Assembly: GCA_025360715.1 (NCBI GenBank)
Contig: JANYBS010000005.1
Coordinates: 5,571-69,570 of the forward strand
Source of the DNA: Candidatus Eiseniibacteriota bacterium
GTDB taxonomy: Bacteria > Eisenbacteria > RBG-16-71-46
DNA length: 64,000 bases
Direction of reading: 5' to 3'
Part shown: one piece after another, positions 35,089 to 45,407 of the stretch
Numbering within the stretch: the stretch's first letter is position 1
Layout of the letters: each line of letters starts with the position of its first letter
Notes under the pieces: generated by a model
Told to the model about the DNA's origin: nothing
The model's input: only the letters and a program-made list of their open reading frames with translations
Databases searched by the model: none
Position numbers and translations under genes: made by a program

Positions 35089-37923
35089 ATGTCGTCCCGC
35101 GTCCTGGCCCTGGTGGGCCTGTTGTTGCTCATGCCGATGGTCGTCCACGCCCAGGCCGCGAGCCTGCGCGGCAAGTTCGTCGACGTGACCAGCAACACGG
35201 TCGTCCCCGGTGTCCAGGTCAAGCTCACGAGCTTCGCGGACTCGGCAGACGTTCACCGTGCTACCGCCAAGGATGACGGCACATTCGAGGTCACGGGCCT
35301 GGGGCTGCACGCCTACCGGCTCGAGGCGACGCGCCTGGGCTTCGAGCCGCTCAAGATCGTGATCCGCGTGGCCAGCGCCAAGCAGGACGCAGGCACGATC
35401 GGCCTCACGCCCGAGGCCGTGAACCTGAAGGGTGTCACGATCACGGCGTCGCCGGCGCCAGCGGTGATCCGCAACGACACCACCGAGTTCCGCGCGAGCG
35501 CCGTCAAGACGAACAAGGACGCCACCGCCGAGGAGCTCGTGCAGAAGATGCCGGGCGTCACGGTGGAGAACGGCCAGGTCAAGACCAACGGAGAGCAGGT
35601 CCAGCAGGTACTCGTGAACGGGAAGCCGTTCTTCGGCAGCGATCCGACGGCAGCCATGCGCAACCTGCCAGCCGATGTGATCGACCGCATCCAGGTGTAC
35701 GACCGCGGTAGCGATCAGGCCGAGTTCAGCGGGTTCGACGACGGCCAGTCGCAGAAGACGATGAACTTCATCCTGCGCAACCAACAAGCCAAGTTCGGCA
35801 AGGTGTACGGCGGTTACGGCGATCGCGACCGCTACCAGTCGGGCGGCAACGCGACCTATCTCAAGGGCCCGACGCGCGTGACCTTGCTGGGCCTCTCGAA
35901 CAACATCAACCAGCAGAACTTCTCGCCGCAGGACCTGTTCGGGGCACTGGGCAACGGCGGCGGTGGCATGCGGATGATGATGTTCGGCGGCGGCCGGCCG
36001 GGCGGCGGATTCCGCCCCGGCGGTGGCGGCCCCGGTGGGGTCCGCATGGGCGGAGGCGGCCTGGGCAGCGGCTTCGACCCGGGCAACTTCTTCGTCGGCC
36101 AGCAGGACGGCATCAGCCGCACGAACTCCGGTGGCCTCAACTACACCGGCCAGTGGGGCAAGCGCCTGAACGTGACCGGCAGCACCTTCCTGAACGACAG
36201 CCGCACCGACAACACGCAATACCTCTCGCGCGAGTACACGCCGCCGCAGGATTCCACGCTGACCTACGGCCAGACCGCGACGACCGGGACCAAGAACGGC
36301 AACGAGCGCTTCGATGGCCGCATCGAGTGGACGCCCGATTCGCTCAACTCGGTGATCTTGACGCCGCGCCTGTATTTCCAGAACACGAACGCAGACAACC
36401 TCTCGAATGCCGCGAACTCGGCGATCGCGGGCAACCGCCTGAGCCAGGCGTTCAACCAGACCGCCAACGAGACCGACGGTAACAACCTGTCGTCGCACGT
36501 GATCCTACGCCACCGGTTCGCCAAGAAGGGCCGCAATATCTCTGCGGACCTGGGCTGGGGACACACCTACAAGAACGCAGACGCCAGCCAGTATTCGCTC
36601 ACGGATTACCTCACAGGCACCGCCTCCAGCGACACGGTCGACACGCAGACCGGCACCGAGACTGTGACGAACAACTACACCTCGCGCATCGCCCTCACGG
36701 AGCCCTTCTCCAAGCTCATCCAACTGCAGGCGACCTACAATCCTTCGCTCTCACGCTCCACGAGTGACGCGCGTGGGCTGCGATTCGACCCCGTGACCGG
36801 CCTTTACTCGCGTCCGGACTCGGCCACGTCGAATTCCTTCGAGAACCGCAATACCGTCCAGAACGGTGGCCTCGCGATGCTCGTCACGATGGGCACGTGG
36901 CGCTGGTTGTCGTCCGCGGCCTATCAGCACACCGAGCTGCATTCGGAACAGACCTATCCGCTCACGCAGACGATCGACCGCACGTTCGAAGACGTGTTGC
37001 CGGCCATGACGCTGAGCGGCACGTTCAAGAACAAGGCGAACCTGCGCCTGCAGTGGCAGACGAGCACCACGCCGCCCAGCATCTCGCAGCTGCAGAACGT
37101 GGTGGACCGCTCGAACCCGCTCTCGATCACGTCGGGAAACCCCGATCTGAGACAGTCGCGCAACCAGAGCCTGCAGTTGCGCTTCTCGATGGCGGATCCG
37201 TTCAAGTCCAAGTCGAAGTTCCTGTTCCTGAACGTGACGCGCACCCAAGCTCCCGTGGGTAATGCGACGTTCACCGCGGTACGGGACACCGTCGTGAGCG
37301 GCGTGGCCGTCACGCGCGGCACGCAGTACACGCGCCCGGTCAACTTGGATGAATCCTGGACTGCGAACGCGTTCGGCGTTTACAGCCGCCCGATCTCGTT
37401 CCTCAAGAGCATCCTGAGCTTCAACTCGGGACTCACGTTCACGCGTACACCCACGCTGCTGGCGCAAGGGGTGAACCGCGCCAGCACCTACGTGGTCCGC
37501 GGTGGTGCCGTGCTGGCGAGTAATATCAGCACGAACCTTGATTTCACGCTGACTTACTTCGGCACGTACAACATGACGCGCAATACGCTAGCCACCACCA
37601 ACACAGGCGACTACTTCAGCCACTCCGCCGGCATGCGCCTGAGTGCGACGCTCAAGCACGGCATCGTGTTCCGCGAGGAGCTCAGCAACAACCTGCAGAC
37701 GGGCGTGCCAGGGCAGTACGGCCAGAATGTGGTGCTCTGGAACACGACCGTGGCGAAGAAGTTCCTCAAGGACGACAAGGGCGAGCTCCGCGTCACGGGG
37801 ACCGACGTGCTGGGCCAGGATCGCAGCGTGAGCCGCAGCCTGACCGAGTCCTACGTGCAAGACACGCGCAATCGGACACTGGGCCGGTTCGTACAGGTCG
37901 TGGCGACCTACTCCTTCAAGTAG
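35089..37923 (+). CDS. TonB-dependent-receptor-like outer-membrane beta-barrel protein with carboxypeptidase-regulatory-like N-domain
   Basis: ATG at 35089 is preceded by GGAGG. The signal peptide is MSSRVLALVGLLLLMPMVVHAQA. It has a CarbopepD_reg-like domain (GKFVDVTSNTVVPGVQVKLTS...DDGTFEV), a plug-like segment and a long beta-barrel ending ...VATYSFK. 944 aa. Confidence 0.7.
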   Translation: MSSRVLALVGLLLLMPMVVHAQAASLRGKFVDVTSNTVVPGVQVKLTSFADSADVHRATAKDDGTFEVTGLGLHAYRLEATRLGFEPLKIVIRVASAKQDAGTIGLTPEAVNLKGVTITASPAPAVIRNDTTEFRASAVKTNKDATAEELVQKMPGVTVENGQVKTNGEQVQQVLVNGKPFFGSDPTAAMRNLPADVIDRIQVYDRGSDQAEFSGFDDGQSQKTMNFILRNQQAKFGKVYGGYGDRDRYQSGGNATYLKGPTRVTLLGLSNNINQQNFSPQDLFGALGNGGGGMRMMMFGGGRPGGGFRPGGGGPGGVRMGGGGLGSGFDPGNFFVGQQDGISRTNSGGLNYTGQWGKRLNVTGSTFLNDSRTDNTQYLSREYTPPQDSTLTYGQTATTGTKNGNERFDGRIEWTPDSLNSVILTPRLYFQNTNADNLSNAANSAIAGNRLSQAFNQTANETDGNNLSSHVILRHRFAKKGRNISADLGWGHTYKNADASQYSLTDYLTGTASSDTVDTQTGTETVTNNYTSRIALTEPFSKLIQLQATYNPSLSRSTSDARGLRFDPVTGLYSRPDSATSNSFENRNTVQNGGLAMLVTMGTWRWLSSAAYQHTELHSEQTYPLTQTIDRTFEDVLPAMTLSGTFKNKANLRLQWQTSTTPPSISQLQNVVDRSNPLSITSGNPDLRQSRNQSLQLRFSMADPFKSKSKFLFLNVTRTQAPVGNATFTAVRDTVVSGVAVTRGTQYTRPVNLDESWTANAFGVYSRPISFLKSILSFNSGLTFTRTPTLLAQGVNRASTYVVRGGAVLASNISTNLDFTLTYFGTYNMTRNTLATTNTGDYFSHSAGMRLSATLKHGIVFREELSNNLQTGVPGQYGQNVVLWNTTVAKKFLKDDKGELRVTGTDVLGQDRSVSRSLTESYVQDTRNRTLGRFVQVVATYSFK

Positions 37924-38076
37924 GGCTGCGCCCGGCATTCGTTACTCGGCATTCGTTACTTGCGCCTCGCGGCCGGAAGAGGGGAGACTCCGCCTGCGGA
38001 ACGCAGACGCCCCATCGTCGGCCCTCGTGTTCCGCACCCGGCCGTTCCCGGGCATCCATCACCCTTGAGGGTATCC

Positions 38077-38664
38077 ATGCGAAATGTACTGATCTTCCTG
38101 GTCCTGCTTGTCGTGGCACTCGTCGGTTTCATCCAGGCGCGGCCCGCCACATTCCACATCGAGCGGAGCACCGTGGTATCGGCGGAGCCCTCATTGATCA
38201 CCGCACACATCGCGGATTTCCACGCGTGGGCGGACTGGTCCCCGTGGGAGAAGCTGGACCCGGCGATGAAGAAGACTTTCACCGGTGATCCTGGCGCCGT
38301 GGGCTCCACCTACAGCTGGGTCGGCAATGACAAGGTCGGCGAAGGCAAGATGACCATCACCGACGTGAAGCCGGGGCAGGCGGTCGTCCTGCAGCTCGAC
38401 TTCATCAAGCCCTTCGCGTCTTCAAACGTGACGACCTTCAACGTTGCCCCCGAGGGCCAAGGCGCCAAGGTGACCTGGAACATGGATGGGAAGAACAACT
38501 TCATGTCCAAGACCATGAGTCTCTTCATGAACATGGATTCCATGGTCGGCCCCGACTTCGAACGCGGCTTGGCCACGCTCAAGACGGTGACCGAGGCCGC
38601 TCCTGCGGCGGCCGTCCCGGCAGCGGCTGCAGACTCCGCCGCGGCGACCATGACGAAGAAGTAG
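38077..38664 (+). CDS. SRPBCC-superfamily (polyketide cyclase / Aha1-like) membrane-anchored protein
   Basis: ATG at 38077 (MRNVLIFLVLLVVALVGFIQA) followed by a START/Bet v1-like fold sequence and a C-terminal Ala/Pro-rich tail. Confidence 0.55.
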   Translation: MRNVLIFLVLLVVALVGFIQARPATFHIERSTVVSAEPSLITAHIADFHAWADWSPWEKLDPAMKKTFTGDPGAVGSTYSWVGNDKVGEGKMTITDVKPGQAVVLQLDFIKPFASSNVTTFNVAPEGQGAKVTWNMDGKNNFMSKTMSLFMNMDSMVGPDFERGLATLKTVTEAAPAAAVPAAAADSAAATMTKK

Positions 38665-38682
38665 CTCGCACGGACAAGACAA

Positions 38683-38714
38683 GACGCCCCGCGGGCTCGC
38701 GCTCGCGGGGCGTC
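38683..38714. terminator. Bidirectional rho-independent-type hairpin between convergent genes
   Basis: GACGCCCCGCG-(10 nt loop)-CGCGGGGCGTC forms a perfect 11-bp GC-rich stem. It lies between the SRPBCC gene end (38664) and the ABC-F gene end (38739). Flanking T-runs are weak. Confidence 0.5.
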
Positions 38715-38738
38715 TGTCGTTCCGTACAGGACTCCTGC

Positions 38739-40385
38739 TCAGTTATGGACGCCGGCTGCCTCATTGCCCGTGCGCTCGACGTACTCCACATAGGTGCCCA
38801 GGTACTCGAATGGAGGCTGCGCCGGCACCTGGTCACCATCACCGGGGCGCAACTCGAGCACGCGGTTGCTCAGGCCCTTGAGGAACGTGCGGTCGTGGCT
38901 GACGAAGATCATCGTGCCCTCGAAGTCGGCCAAGGCGCTCACCAGCATCTCCTTGGTCTCGAGGTCAAGATGGTTCGTGGGCTCATCCAGGATCAGGAAG
39001 TTGGGCGGGTCGAAGAGCATGCGCGCCAGCACGAGCCGTGACTTCTCGCCGCCCGAGAGCACCCGGATCGGCTTGTCCACGTCGGTATCGGAGAACTGGA
39101 ACGCACCGAGCAGATTTCGCAGGACGCCCTGGGTCTCGAGCGGGAAGTCCTTCTGGATCTGCTCGAAGATGCTCAGGGACGGATCGAGCAGGTCGAGCGA
39201 CTGCTGAGCGAAGTACCCGACCTTGAGATTCGCACCCAGCCGCACGTTGCCGGCATCGGGCGTCGTCGCGCCAGCGATCATCTTGAGCAGCGTGGTCTTG
39301 CCGGCCCCGTTGCGACCCATGACGCACCAGCGCTCGGCGCGGCGGATGCGGAAGTCGAAGCCCTCGTAGATGCGGCGCTCGCCGTAGCCCTTGTCGATGC
39401 CCTTCAGCTCCACGACGTCCTCGCCAGAACGCGGCGGCTGGCGGAACTTGAATTCCACGATCTTGCGCTGGCGGGGGAGTTCGACCATCTCGATCTTCTC
39501 GAGCTTCTTGACCCGGCTCTGCACCTGCGCGGCCTTGGCGGCGTGTGCCGCGAAGCGCTCGATGAAGCGGCGCTCCTTGGCGAGCATGGCCTGTTGGCGC
39601 GCGTACTGCGCTTCGCGATTGGCGGCAGCGATGGCGCGTTCGCGCACGTAGAAATCGTAGTCGCCCGTGTACTCGGTGAACTCACCGCCGTCGATCTCGA
39701 TGATGCGGTCGACGATGCGGTTCATGAAGTCCTTATCGTGGCACGTCATGAGCACCGCGCCCGGATAGTCCTGGATGAACCGTTCGAGCCAGAGGATCGA
39801 TTCGATATCGAGATGGTTCGTCGGCTCGTCCATCAGCAGCACGTCGGGCCGGCCGAGAAGGATGCGGGCGAGGCCCACGCGCATCTTCCAGCCGCCGGAG
39901 AGCGCGCCCACGTCACCTTCCACCTGTTCGTCATCGAAGCCGAGCGCATTCAGGATCTCGCGAGCACGGGCTTCCAGATCATAGCCGCCGCCGCGCTGAT
40001 ACTCGTCCTGCACCTGGCCGAAGCGCTCGAGGATCTTCTCCATCTCATCGGCGCGCTCGGGATCGGCGAGCGCGTGCTCGAGATCCTTGAGCTCATGGTG
40101 AAGCTCACCCAGGTTGCCGCTGCCCGCGATGGCTTCATCGAGCACCGAGCGGCCGCTCATGTCGCCGATGTCCTGGCGGTAGTAGCCGATCGTCAGGCGC
40201 TTGGGCACGGTGACATCGCCTTCGTCGGGGGATTCCTCGCCAACGATCATGCGGAACACCGTGGTTTTGCCGGCACCATTGGGGCCGACCAGGCCCGCTT
40301 TCTGGCCCGGATGGATCTGGAAGCCGGTCTCCACGAAGAGGACCTGCTTGCCGTACTGCTTCGAGATGTTGTTGAAGGCGATCAT
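38739..40385 (-). CDS. ABC-F family ATPase (translation-associated, EttA/Uup/YheS-like)
   Basis: 548 aa with two ABC ATPase domains: Walker A GPNGAGKTT and GRNGAGKTT, signatures LSGGWKMR and LSGGEKSR. An inter-domain linker is present and there are no TM domains. Confidence 0.9.
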   Translation of the reverse strand: MIAFNNISKQYGKQVLFVETGFQIHPGQKAGLVGPNGAGKTTVFRMIVGEESPDEGDVTVPKRLTIGYYRQDIGDMSGRSVLDEAIAGSGNLGELHHELKDLEHALADPERADEMEKILERFGQVQDEYQRGGGYDLEARAREILNALGFDDEQVEGDVGALSGGWKMRVGLARILLGRPDVLLMDEPTNHLDIESILWLERFIQDYPGAVLMTCHDKDFMNRIVDRIIEIDGGEFTEYTGDYDFYVRERAIAAANREAQYARQQAMLAKERRFIERFAAHAAKAAQVQSRVKKLEKIEMVELPRQRKIVEFKFRQPPRSGEDVVELKGIDKGYGERRIYEGFDFRIRRAERWCVMGRNGAGKTTLLKMIAGATTPDAGNVRLGANLKVGYFAQQSLDLLDPSLSIFEQIQKDFPLETQGVLRNLLGAFQFSDTDVDKPIRVLSGGEKSRLVLARMLFDPPNFLILDEPTNHLDLETKEMLVSALADFEGTMIFVSHDRTFLKGLSNRVLELRPGDGDQVPAQPPFEYLGTYVEYVERTGNEAAGVHN

Positions 40386-40448
40386 AGGGCCGAAGAGTCT
40401 AGCAGGTCCGGGCGCCCCTCGCCGCCCGTGCGCGGGACCGCGTTTGCG

Positions 40449-42272
40449 CTATGCCCCCTGCTTCTTCTCGATGCGGGCCCAGGCGTCCTTGAGCGTGACG
40501 GTGCGGTTGAAGACGGGCGCCCCGGGACGCGAATCCACGATGTCCGCCACGAAGTAGCCCACACGCTCGAACTGGACCGGCGCGCCGGGGACGGCGTCGG
40601 CCAGCGACGCTTCCACCTTGCAGCCGGTCAGTTCCACGAGCGACTTTGAACTGAGCGTGCTGGTGAAGTCCTCACCCTCGGCGAGATCCTCAGGATCCTC
40701 GGCGGAGAAGAGCAGGTCATAGACGCGCACCCGCGCGTCGATCGCATGGGGAGCACTCACCCAATGAATGGTCGCCTTCACCTTGCGGCCATCGGGTGCG
40801 TTACCGCTGCGCGTCTCGGGGTCGTACATGGCGCGCACTTCGAGCACCTCGCCGGTCGCGGGATCCTTCACGACGCCCGTGCAGCGCACCAGATACGCGC
40901 CGCGCAGACGCACTTCGACGCCCGGTGTCATGCGGAAGTACTTGGGCGGCGGCACCTCGCGGAAGTCCTCTTCCTCGATCCAGATCTCGCGCGAGAAGGG
41001 GACCTTGCGCGTACCGGCCTCGGGCGATTCGGGATTGTTCGCAAGCTCGAAGGACTCGACTTCGCCCTCGGGATAGTTCTCGATCACGACCTTGACCGGA
41101 TGCAGCACGGCAAGGCGGCGTAGCGCCACCTTGTTCAGGTTCTCGCGCACGCAATGCTCGAGCAGGCCGAACTCGGCGCGGTTCTCGCGGCGGCCCACGC
41201 CGATGCGCTCGGCGAAATCGCGAAGCGCAGCCGCCGGGTAGCCACGCCGGCGCATGCCACTGATCGTGGGCATGCGCGGATCGTCCCAGCCGGTGACGTG
41301 GCCTTCGTTCACGAGCTTGAGCAGCTTGCGCTTGCTCACAACCGTGTGCGTGACGTTGCGGCGCGCGAACTCGTATTGGTGCGGGTGCGGGCGCGGCAGG
41401 TCGAGCGAATCCAGCAGCCAGTCGTACAACGCACGGTGCGGCACGAACTCCATCGTACAGATGCTGTGCGTGACGCCTTCGATATAGTCCGAATACCCGT
41501 GGGCCATGTCGTAGAGCGGGTAGACGCACCACTTGGCGCCCGTGTTGTGATGGGCCGTGTGGCGGATCCGGTAAAGCACGGGGTCCCGCAGCCACACGTT
41601 GTCCGATGTCATATCGATGCGCGCGCGCAGCGTCTTGGCGCCGTCGGGGAATTCCCCGGCCGTCATGCGCCGGAACAGCTCCAGGCTCTCGGCGACCGTG
41701 CGATCACGAAAATGGCTCTCCTCGCCGCGCTCGCCGGGGGCGCCACGCATACGGTCGACCTCCTCGGCGGTGTGATCGCAGACGAACGCCTTGCCGGCCT
41801 CGATCAGCCGGATCGCGAAGGTGTGCAGCGCGTCGAAGTAGTCCGAAGCGCGGAAAGCCTCGAGTGGCTGAGTGTTCGCATCGGCGGCCGTGACGACTCT
41901 CTGGTGGTAATCGAGGCCGTCGGCCAGCGCCGTCGCGCCCTTGGGCTTGAGGCCCAGGATGTGGTCGGCCCAGCCCGCGATCAGCCAGCGGACGTCGGTC
42001 AGGATCGAGTCTTCGTACTCGACCTCTTCTTTGGCCGGGTTCGTATCGTCCATGCGCAGGTTGCAGATACCCCCGAACTGCAGCGCCACGCCGAAATTCA
42101 GCACGATCGAGGTCGCATGCCCCACATGCAGATAGCCGTTGGGCTCCGGCGGGAACCGCGTGACCACTTTGTGGACGACACCCGACTCGAGATCGGCTTT
42201 GACCTTCTCGCGGATGAAGTCGTCGCGGTCAGCCGGCGCTTCCAGCGTGCCGGGAGGGGTGGGTTCGCTCAT
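40449..42272 (-). CDS. glnS: Glutamine--tRNA ligase
   Basis: ATG at 42272 (MSEPTPPGTLEAP...). The class I HIGH motif is FPPEPNGYLHVGHA, with the GlnRS/GluRS catalytic core and an anticodon-binding beta-barrel region. 607 aa. Confidence 0.85.
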   Translation of the reverse strand: MSEPTPPGTLEAPADRDDFIREKVKADLESGVVHKVVTRFPPEPNGYLHVGHATSIVLNFGVALQFGGICNLRMDDTNPAKEEVEYEDSILTDVRWLIAGWADHILGLKPKGATALADGLDYHQRVVTAADANTQPLEAFRASDYFDALHTFAIRLIEAGKAFVCDHTAEEVDRMRGAPGERGEESHFRDRTVAESLELFRRMTAGEFPDGAKTLRARIDMTSDNVWLRDPVLYRIRHTAHHNTGAKWCVYPLYDMAHGYSDYIEGVTHSICTMEFVPHRALYDWLLDSLDLPRPHPHQYEFARRNVTHTVVSKRKLLKLVNEGHVTGWDDPRMPTISGMRRRGYPAAALRDFAERIGVGRRENRAEFGLLEHCVRENLNKVALRRLAVLHPVKVVIENYPEGEVESFELANNPESPEAGTRKVPFSREIWIEEEDFREVPPPKYFRMTPGVEVRLRGAYLVRCTGVVKDPATGEVLEVRAMYDPETRSGNAPDGRKVKATIHWVSAPHAIDARVRVYDLLFSAEDPEDLAEGEDFTSTLSSKSLVELTGCKVEASLADAVPGAPVQFERVGYFVADIVDSRPGAPVFNRTVTLKDAWARIEKKQGA

Positions 42273-42491
42273 GGGTCGACCTCGGGAATGGGGCAGGACG
42301 GGCTTGGGTTTGCTCTCGGACCATGGAAATAACGTCATCACGGCGGCCATGTCCAGTCGCCGGAGGGGCGCAAACCGTGGATTCCGCCCCCGGAAGCGGC
42401 CTTTTCGGGTACAATAAAGGCGGCTGGCCATCGCGCCCGGCCGACTCCGTCCATCCTGAGACGCGTCCATGAACGCCCCGCCGGAGCCGCT

Positions 42492-43133
42492 ATGTCCATG
42501 AACTTCCGCCTGCCCCGTAAGCTCGTTGCCACACTCTTCACCGCGGTCCTGTTGTTCGGCGCCGTCACGTCCGCCAGCGCCCAGAACTCATGGACCGAGA
42601 CCATCGACGCCGGTTCCACGATCGCCACTGCCCAGACGACTGCGGGCCCCGGCACGCTGGTCAAGATCCTCGGCACGCTCGCGAGCAGCACCGATGTCGA
42701 TATCTTCTGTGTGAACGTCATCAACCCACCCGCCTTCAGCGCTCAAGTGGTGTGCACGACGTTCGCGGACCCGAACATCTACCTGTTCCGCGCGAACGGC
42801 ACTGGCGACCTCATGAACGACGTCTGCGCGTTCAGCGGCAAGCTCATCCCGGCGGGGACCGTGAATACAGTGGGGCAGTACTTCATCGCGATCGCCGCTC
42901 AGGGCTTCATGCCGCAGGCTGCGGCCGGCGCCATCTGGCAGACGGCGCTGTTCACCGGCCCGCGCGCGCCGGACGGGCCCGGTGCGGTGGGAACGCTGGC
43001 CGGCTGGAGCGGGACCGGCACGCCCACCACGAACCAGGCCTATCTCGTCCAACTGACAGGCGCCGGATTCTGTGCTTCGGCCGTCTCGTCGCGGGCCGCC
43101 ACATGGGGAAGACTCAAGCTTCACCACCGTTGA
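42492..43133 (+). CDS. Exported hypothetical protein
   Basis: 213 aa with signal peptide MSMNFRLPRKLVATLFTAVLLFGAVTSASAQ and GGAG upstream. No recognisable domain. Confidence 0.45.
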   Translation: MSMNFRLPRKLVATLFTAVLLFGAVTSASAQNSWTETIDAGSTIATAQTTAGPGTLVKILGTLASSTDVDIFCVNVINPPAFSAQVVCTTFADPNIYLFRANGTGDLMNDVCAFSGKLIPAGTVNTVGQYFIAIAAQGFMPQAAAGAIWQTALFTGPRAPDGPGAVGTLAGWSGTGTPTTNQAYLVQLTGAGFCASAVSSRAATWGRLKLHHR

Positions 43134-43206
43134 GTCTGGGCTTCATTCCGGTATGGTGCATGTGGCCACCCACCGCGGGTGGCCACGTTGTATCCCGGAG
43201 GTTTCG

Positions 43207-44532
43207 ATGAACCGTCTCGCGCTGGCTCAGACCGTCGCGCTCTGCCTTTTCGCCACCGCCGCTTTCTCAGACGCGCACGCGGCTGACGCCGCCCGCCCGT
43301 ACGACGCGGAGATCACGCGCCGTGTGGCGGCGATCGAGAAGGACGTCATCGCTTGGCGCCGCGACTTCCACGAGCACCCCGAGCTCTCGAATCGCGAGAC
43401 CCGCACCGGGGGAGTGATCGCCGAGAAGCTCAAGGCCATGGGCCTCGAGGTGCGCACCGGCGTCGCGAAGACCGGAGTCGTGGCGATCCTGCGCGGCGGC
43501 AAGCCCGGCCATGTCGTGGCGCTGCGCTCCGACATGGACGCGCTGCCTGTCACCGAAGCCACCGGGCTGCCGTTCGCGTCGAAGCTGCGCGCCACGTACA
43601 ACGGACAGGACGTGGGCGTGATGCACGCATGCGGACACGACGCGCACATGGCCATGCTGCTGGGTGTCGCGCAGGTGCTCACGCAGATGAAGTCGCAGGT
43701 GCCGGGCACCATCAAGTTCATCTTCCAGCCGGCAGAAGAGGGCCCACCCTCCGGCGAAGAGGGCGGCGCATCGCTCATGATCCAGGAAGGCGTGCTGCGC
43801 GATCCGAAGCCCGACGCGATCTTCGGCATGCACGTCGTCAACTGGGCCGCGGGCAGCATCACCTACCATCCCGAAGGCGCGATGGCGGCTTCCGACGTGA
43901 TCCACATCACGATCCACGGCCGCCAGACCCATGGCGGACGGCCGTGGGAGGGTATCGATCCGGTCGTCGCGAGCGCGCAGGTGATCCTGGGCCTGCAGAC
44001 GATCGTGAGCCGGCAGAGCGACATCACCATCGCACCGGCGGTGCTCACCATCGCCCGCGTCTCGGGCGGCGTCCGCAACAACGTGATTCCCGATAGCGTG
44101 CAGATGGAAGGCACGCTGCGCACCTTCGATCCGCAGATGCGCGACACGATCATGGCGCACATCCGCCGCACGGCGGAAGACATCGCGTCGGCGAGCGGCG
44201 CGCGCGCGACCATCGTATTCGACGGCGGCAATCCGGTCGTCTGGAATGATGCCGCGCTCACGACCCGCATGGAGCCGACGCTGCGGCGCGTGGCCGGCGC
44301 CGCCAACGTGGCGATCACCCCGCCCAAGACGTGGGCCGAGGACTTCGCCTGCTACGCCAAGCAGATCCCGGGACTGTTCGTGGACCTGGGGGTGAATGCG
44401 CCCGGCGTCGCCCAAGAGGACACCGCGCCCAACCACTCGCCGCATTTCATGGTCGACGAAGCCCAGCTCAAGGTCGGCATGCGCACCATGGCGACCTTGG
44501 CGATGGACTATCTGAGCGGACACGCGAAGTGA
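43207..44532 (+). CDS. M20-family amidohydrolase (N-acyl-L-amino-acid amidohydrolase / hippurate-hydrolase-like), exported
   Basis: ATG at 43207 after CCGGAGG, with signal peptide MNRLALAQTVALCLFATAAFSDAHA. M20D motifs present (HACGHDAHMAMLLG, FQPAEEG). Confidence 0.8.
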   Translation: MNRLALAQTVALCLFATAAFSDAHAADAARPYDAEITRRVAAIEKDVIAWRRDFHEHPELSNRETRTGGVIAEKLKAMGLEVRTGVAKTGVVAILRGGKPGHVVALRSDMDALPVTEATGLPFASKLRATYNGQDVGVMHACGHDAHMAMLLGVAQVLTQMKSQVPGTIKFIFQPAEEGPPSGEEGGASLMIQEGVLRDPKPDAIFGMHVVNWAAGSITYHPEGAMAASDVIHITIHGRQTHGGRPWEGIDPVVASAQVILGLQTIVSRQSDITIAPAVLTIARVSGGVRNNVIPDSVQMEGTLRTFDPQMRDTIMAHIRRTAEDIASASGARATIVFDGGNPVVWNDAALTTRMEPTLRRVAGAANVAITPPKTWAEDFACYAKQIPGLFVDLGVNAPGVAQEDTAPNHSPHFMVDEAQLKVGMRTMATLAMDYLSGHAK

Positions 44533-45377
44533 GCACGCCACTGCGGCTGATGGCGATCCTCGCGCACCCGGACGACGAGTCCATGGGGCTGGGCGGCGCG
44601 CTCGCGCGCTGCCACGACGAGGGCATCCATACGTCGGTCGTCACCGCGACGCTGGGACAGGCGGGGCGTTACCGCGGCATCCGTCCCGGGGAGCCCGGGC
44701 ATCCGGGCGCGGACGGCCTGGGCGAGATCCGCCGCAAGGAACTCGATGCCGCAGTGAAGGTGCTGGGCGTGGACGAACTCATCGTGCTTGGCTACGTGGA
44801 CCAGAAACTCGACCAAGCCGACGCGCGAGAGATCCTGCCGCGCCTTGCCGCGGCGATCCGCCGCATCCGCCCACAGGTCGTGGTCACGTTCGCCCCCGAT
44901 GGCGCCTACGGCCACCCCGACCACATCGCGATCAGCCAGTTCGCGGGCGCCGCGATCGTCTCGGCGGCGGACCCCGCCGTGAAGCTGGCGGGCGCGGACG
45001 CCGAGCACTCGCCGCACGCGGTGGATAAGTTCTACTACATGGCCTGGAACGAGGTGGACAAGGACGCGTTCGAAAAGGCTTTCCGCCGCATGGCAGCCAT
45101 GGTCGATGGCGTCGAGCGCTCGCCGCGCGGGTGGCCTGCGTGGCAGATCACCACGGTGGTCGACACACGCGCGCAGTGGGACACGGCGTGGAAGTCGGTC
45201 GAGTGCCACGAGTCGCAGATCACCGCATACGAAGCACTCGCCAAGCTGCCGCCCGAGGCGCACGAAGCGCTGTGGGGCAAACAGTCATTCTACCGCGCGT
45301 TCAGCCGTGTGAATGCTGGGCGCAGCCTGGAGACGGATCTTTTTGAAGGCCTCCGCGGGACCTCCGCGGGCCGCTGA
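44529..45377 (+). CDS. PIG-L/LmbE-family N-acetylglucosaminyl deacetylase
   Basis: GTG at 44529 overlaps the upstream stop (GTGA). The N-terminus LRLMAILAHPDDES is the LmbE signature, and HPDH is also present. About 282 aa. Confidence 0.75.
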   Translation: MSTPLRLMAILAHPDDESMGLGGALARCHDEGIHTSVVTATLGQAGRYRGIRPGEPGHPGADGLGEIRRKELDAAVKVLGVDELIVLGYVDQKLDQADAREILPRLAAAIRRIRPQVVVTFAPDGAYGHPDHIAISQFAGAAIVSAADPAVKLAGADAEHSPHAVDKFYYMAWNEVDKDAFEKAFRRMAAMVDGVERSPRGWPAWQITTVVDTRAQWDTAWKSVECHESQITAYEALAKLPPEAHEALWGKQSFYRAFSRVNAGRSLETDLFEGLRGTSAGR

Positions 45378-45407
45378 CCATTCCCGTCCCACGACCAGGA
45401 GATACCT

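Noticed and set aside
42273-42491. GC-rich stem followed by CCTTTTCGGG upstream of glnS. Could be a terminator or leader structure
   Set aside because: The stem is imperfect and lies in a divergent promoter region, not at the 3' end of either gene. The evidence is insufficient to call a terminator or riboswitch.
42492-43133. Possible PEP-CTERM or sortase-type sorting signal at the C-terminus of the exported protein
   Set aside because: The C-terminus (…GAGFCASAVSSRAATWGRLKLHHR) lacks the PEP motif, a hydrophobic anchor and an Arg cluster.
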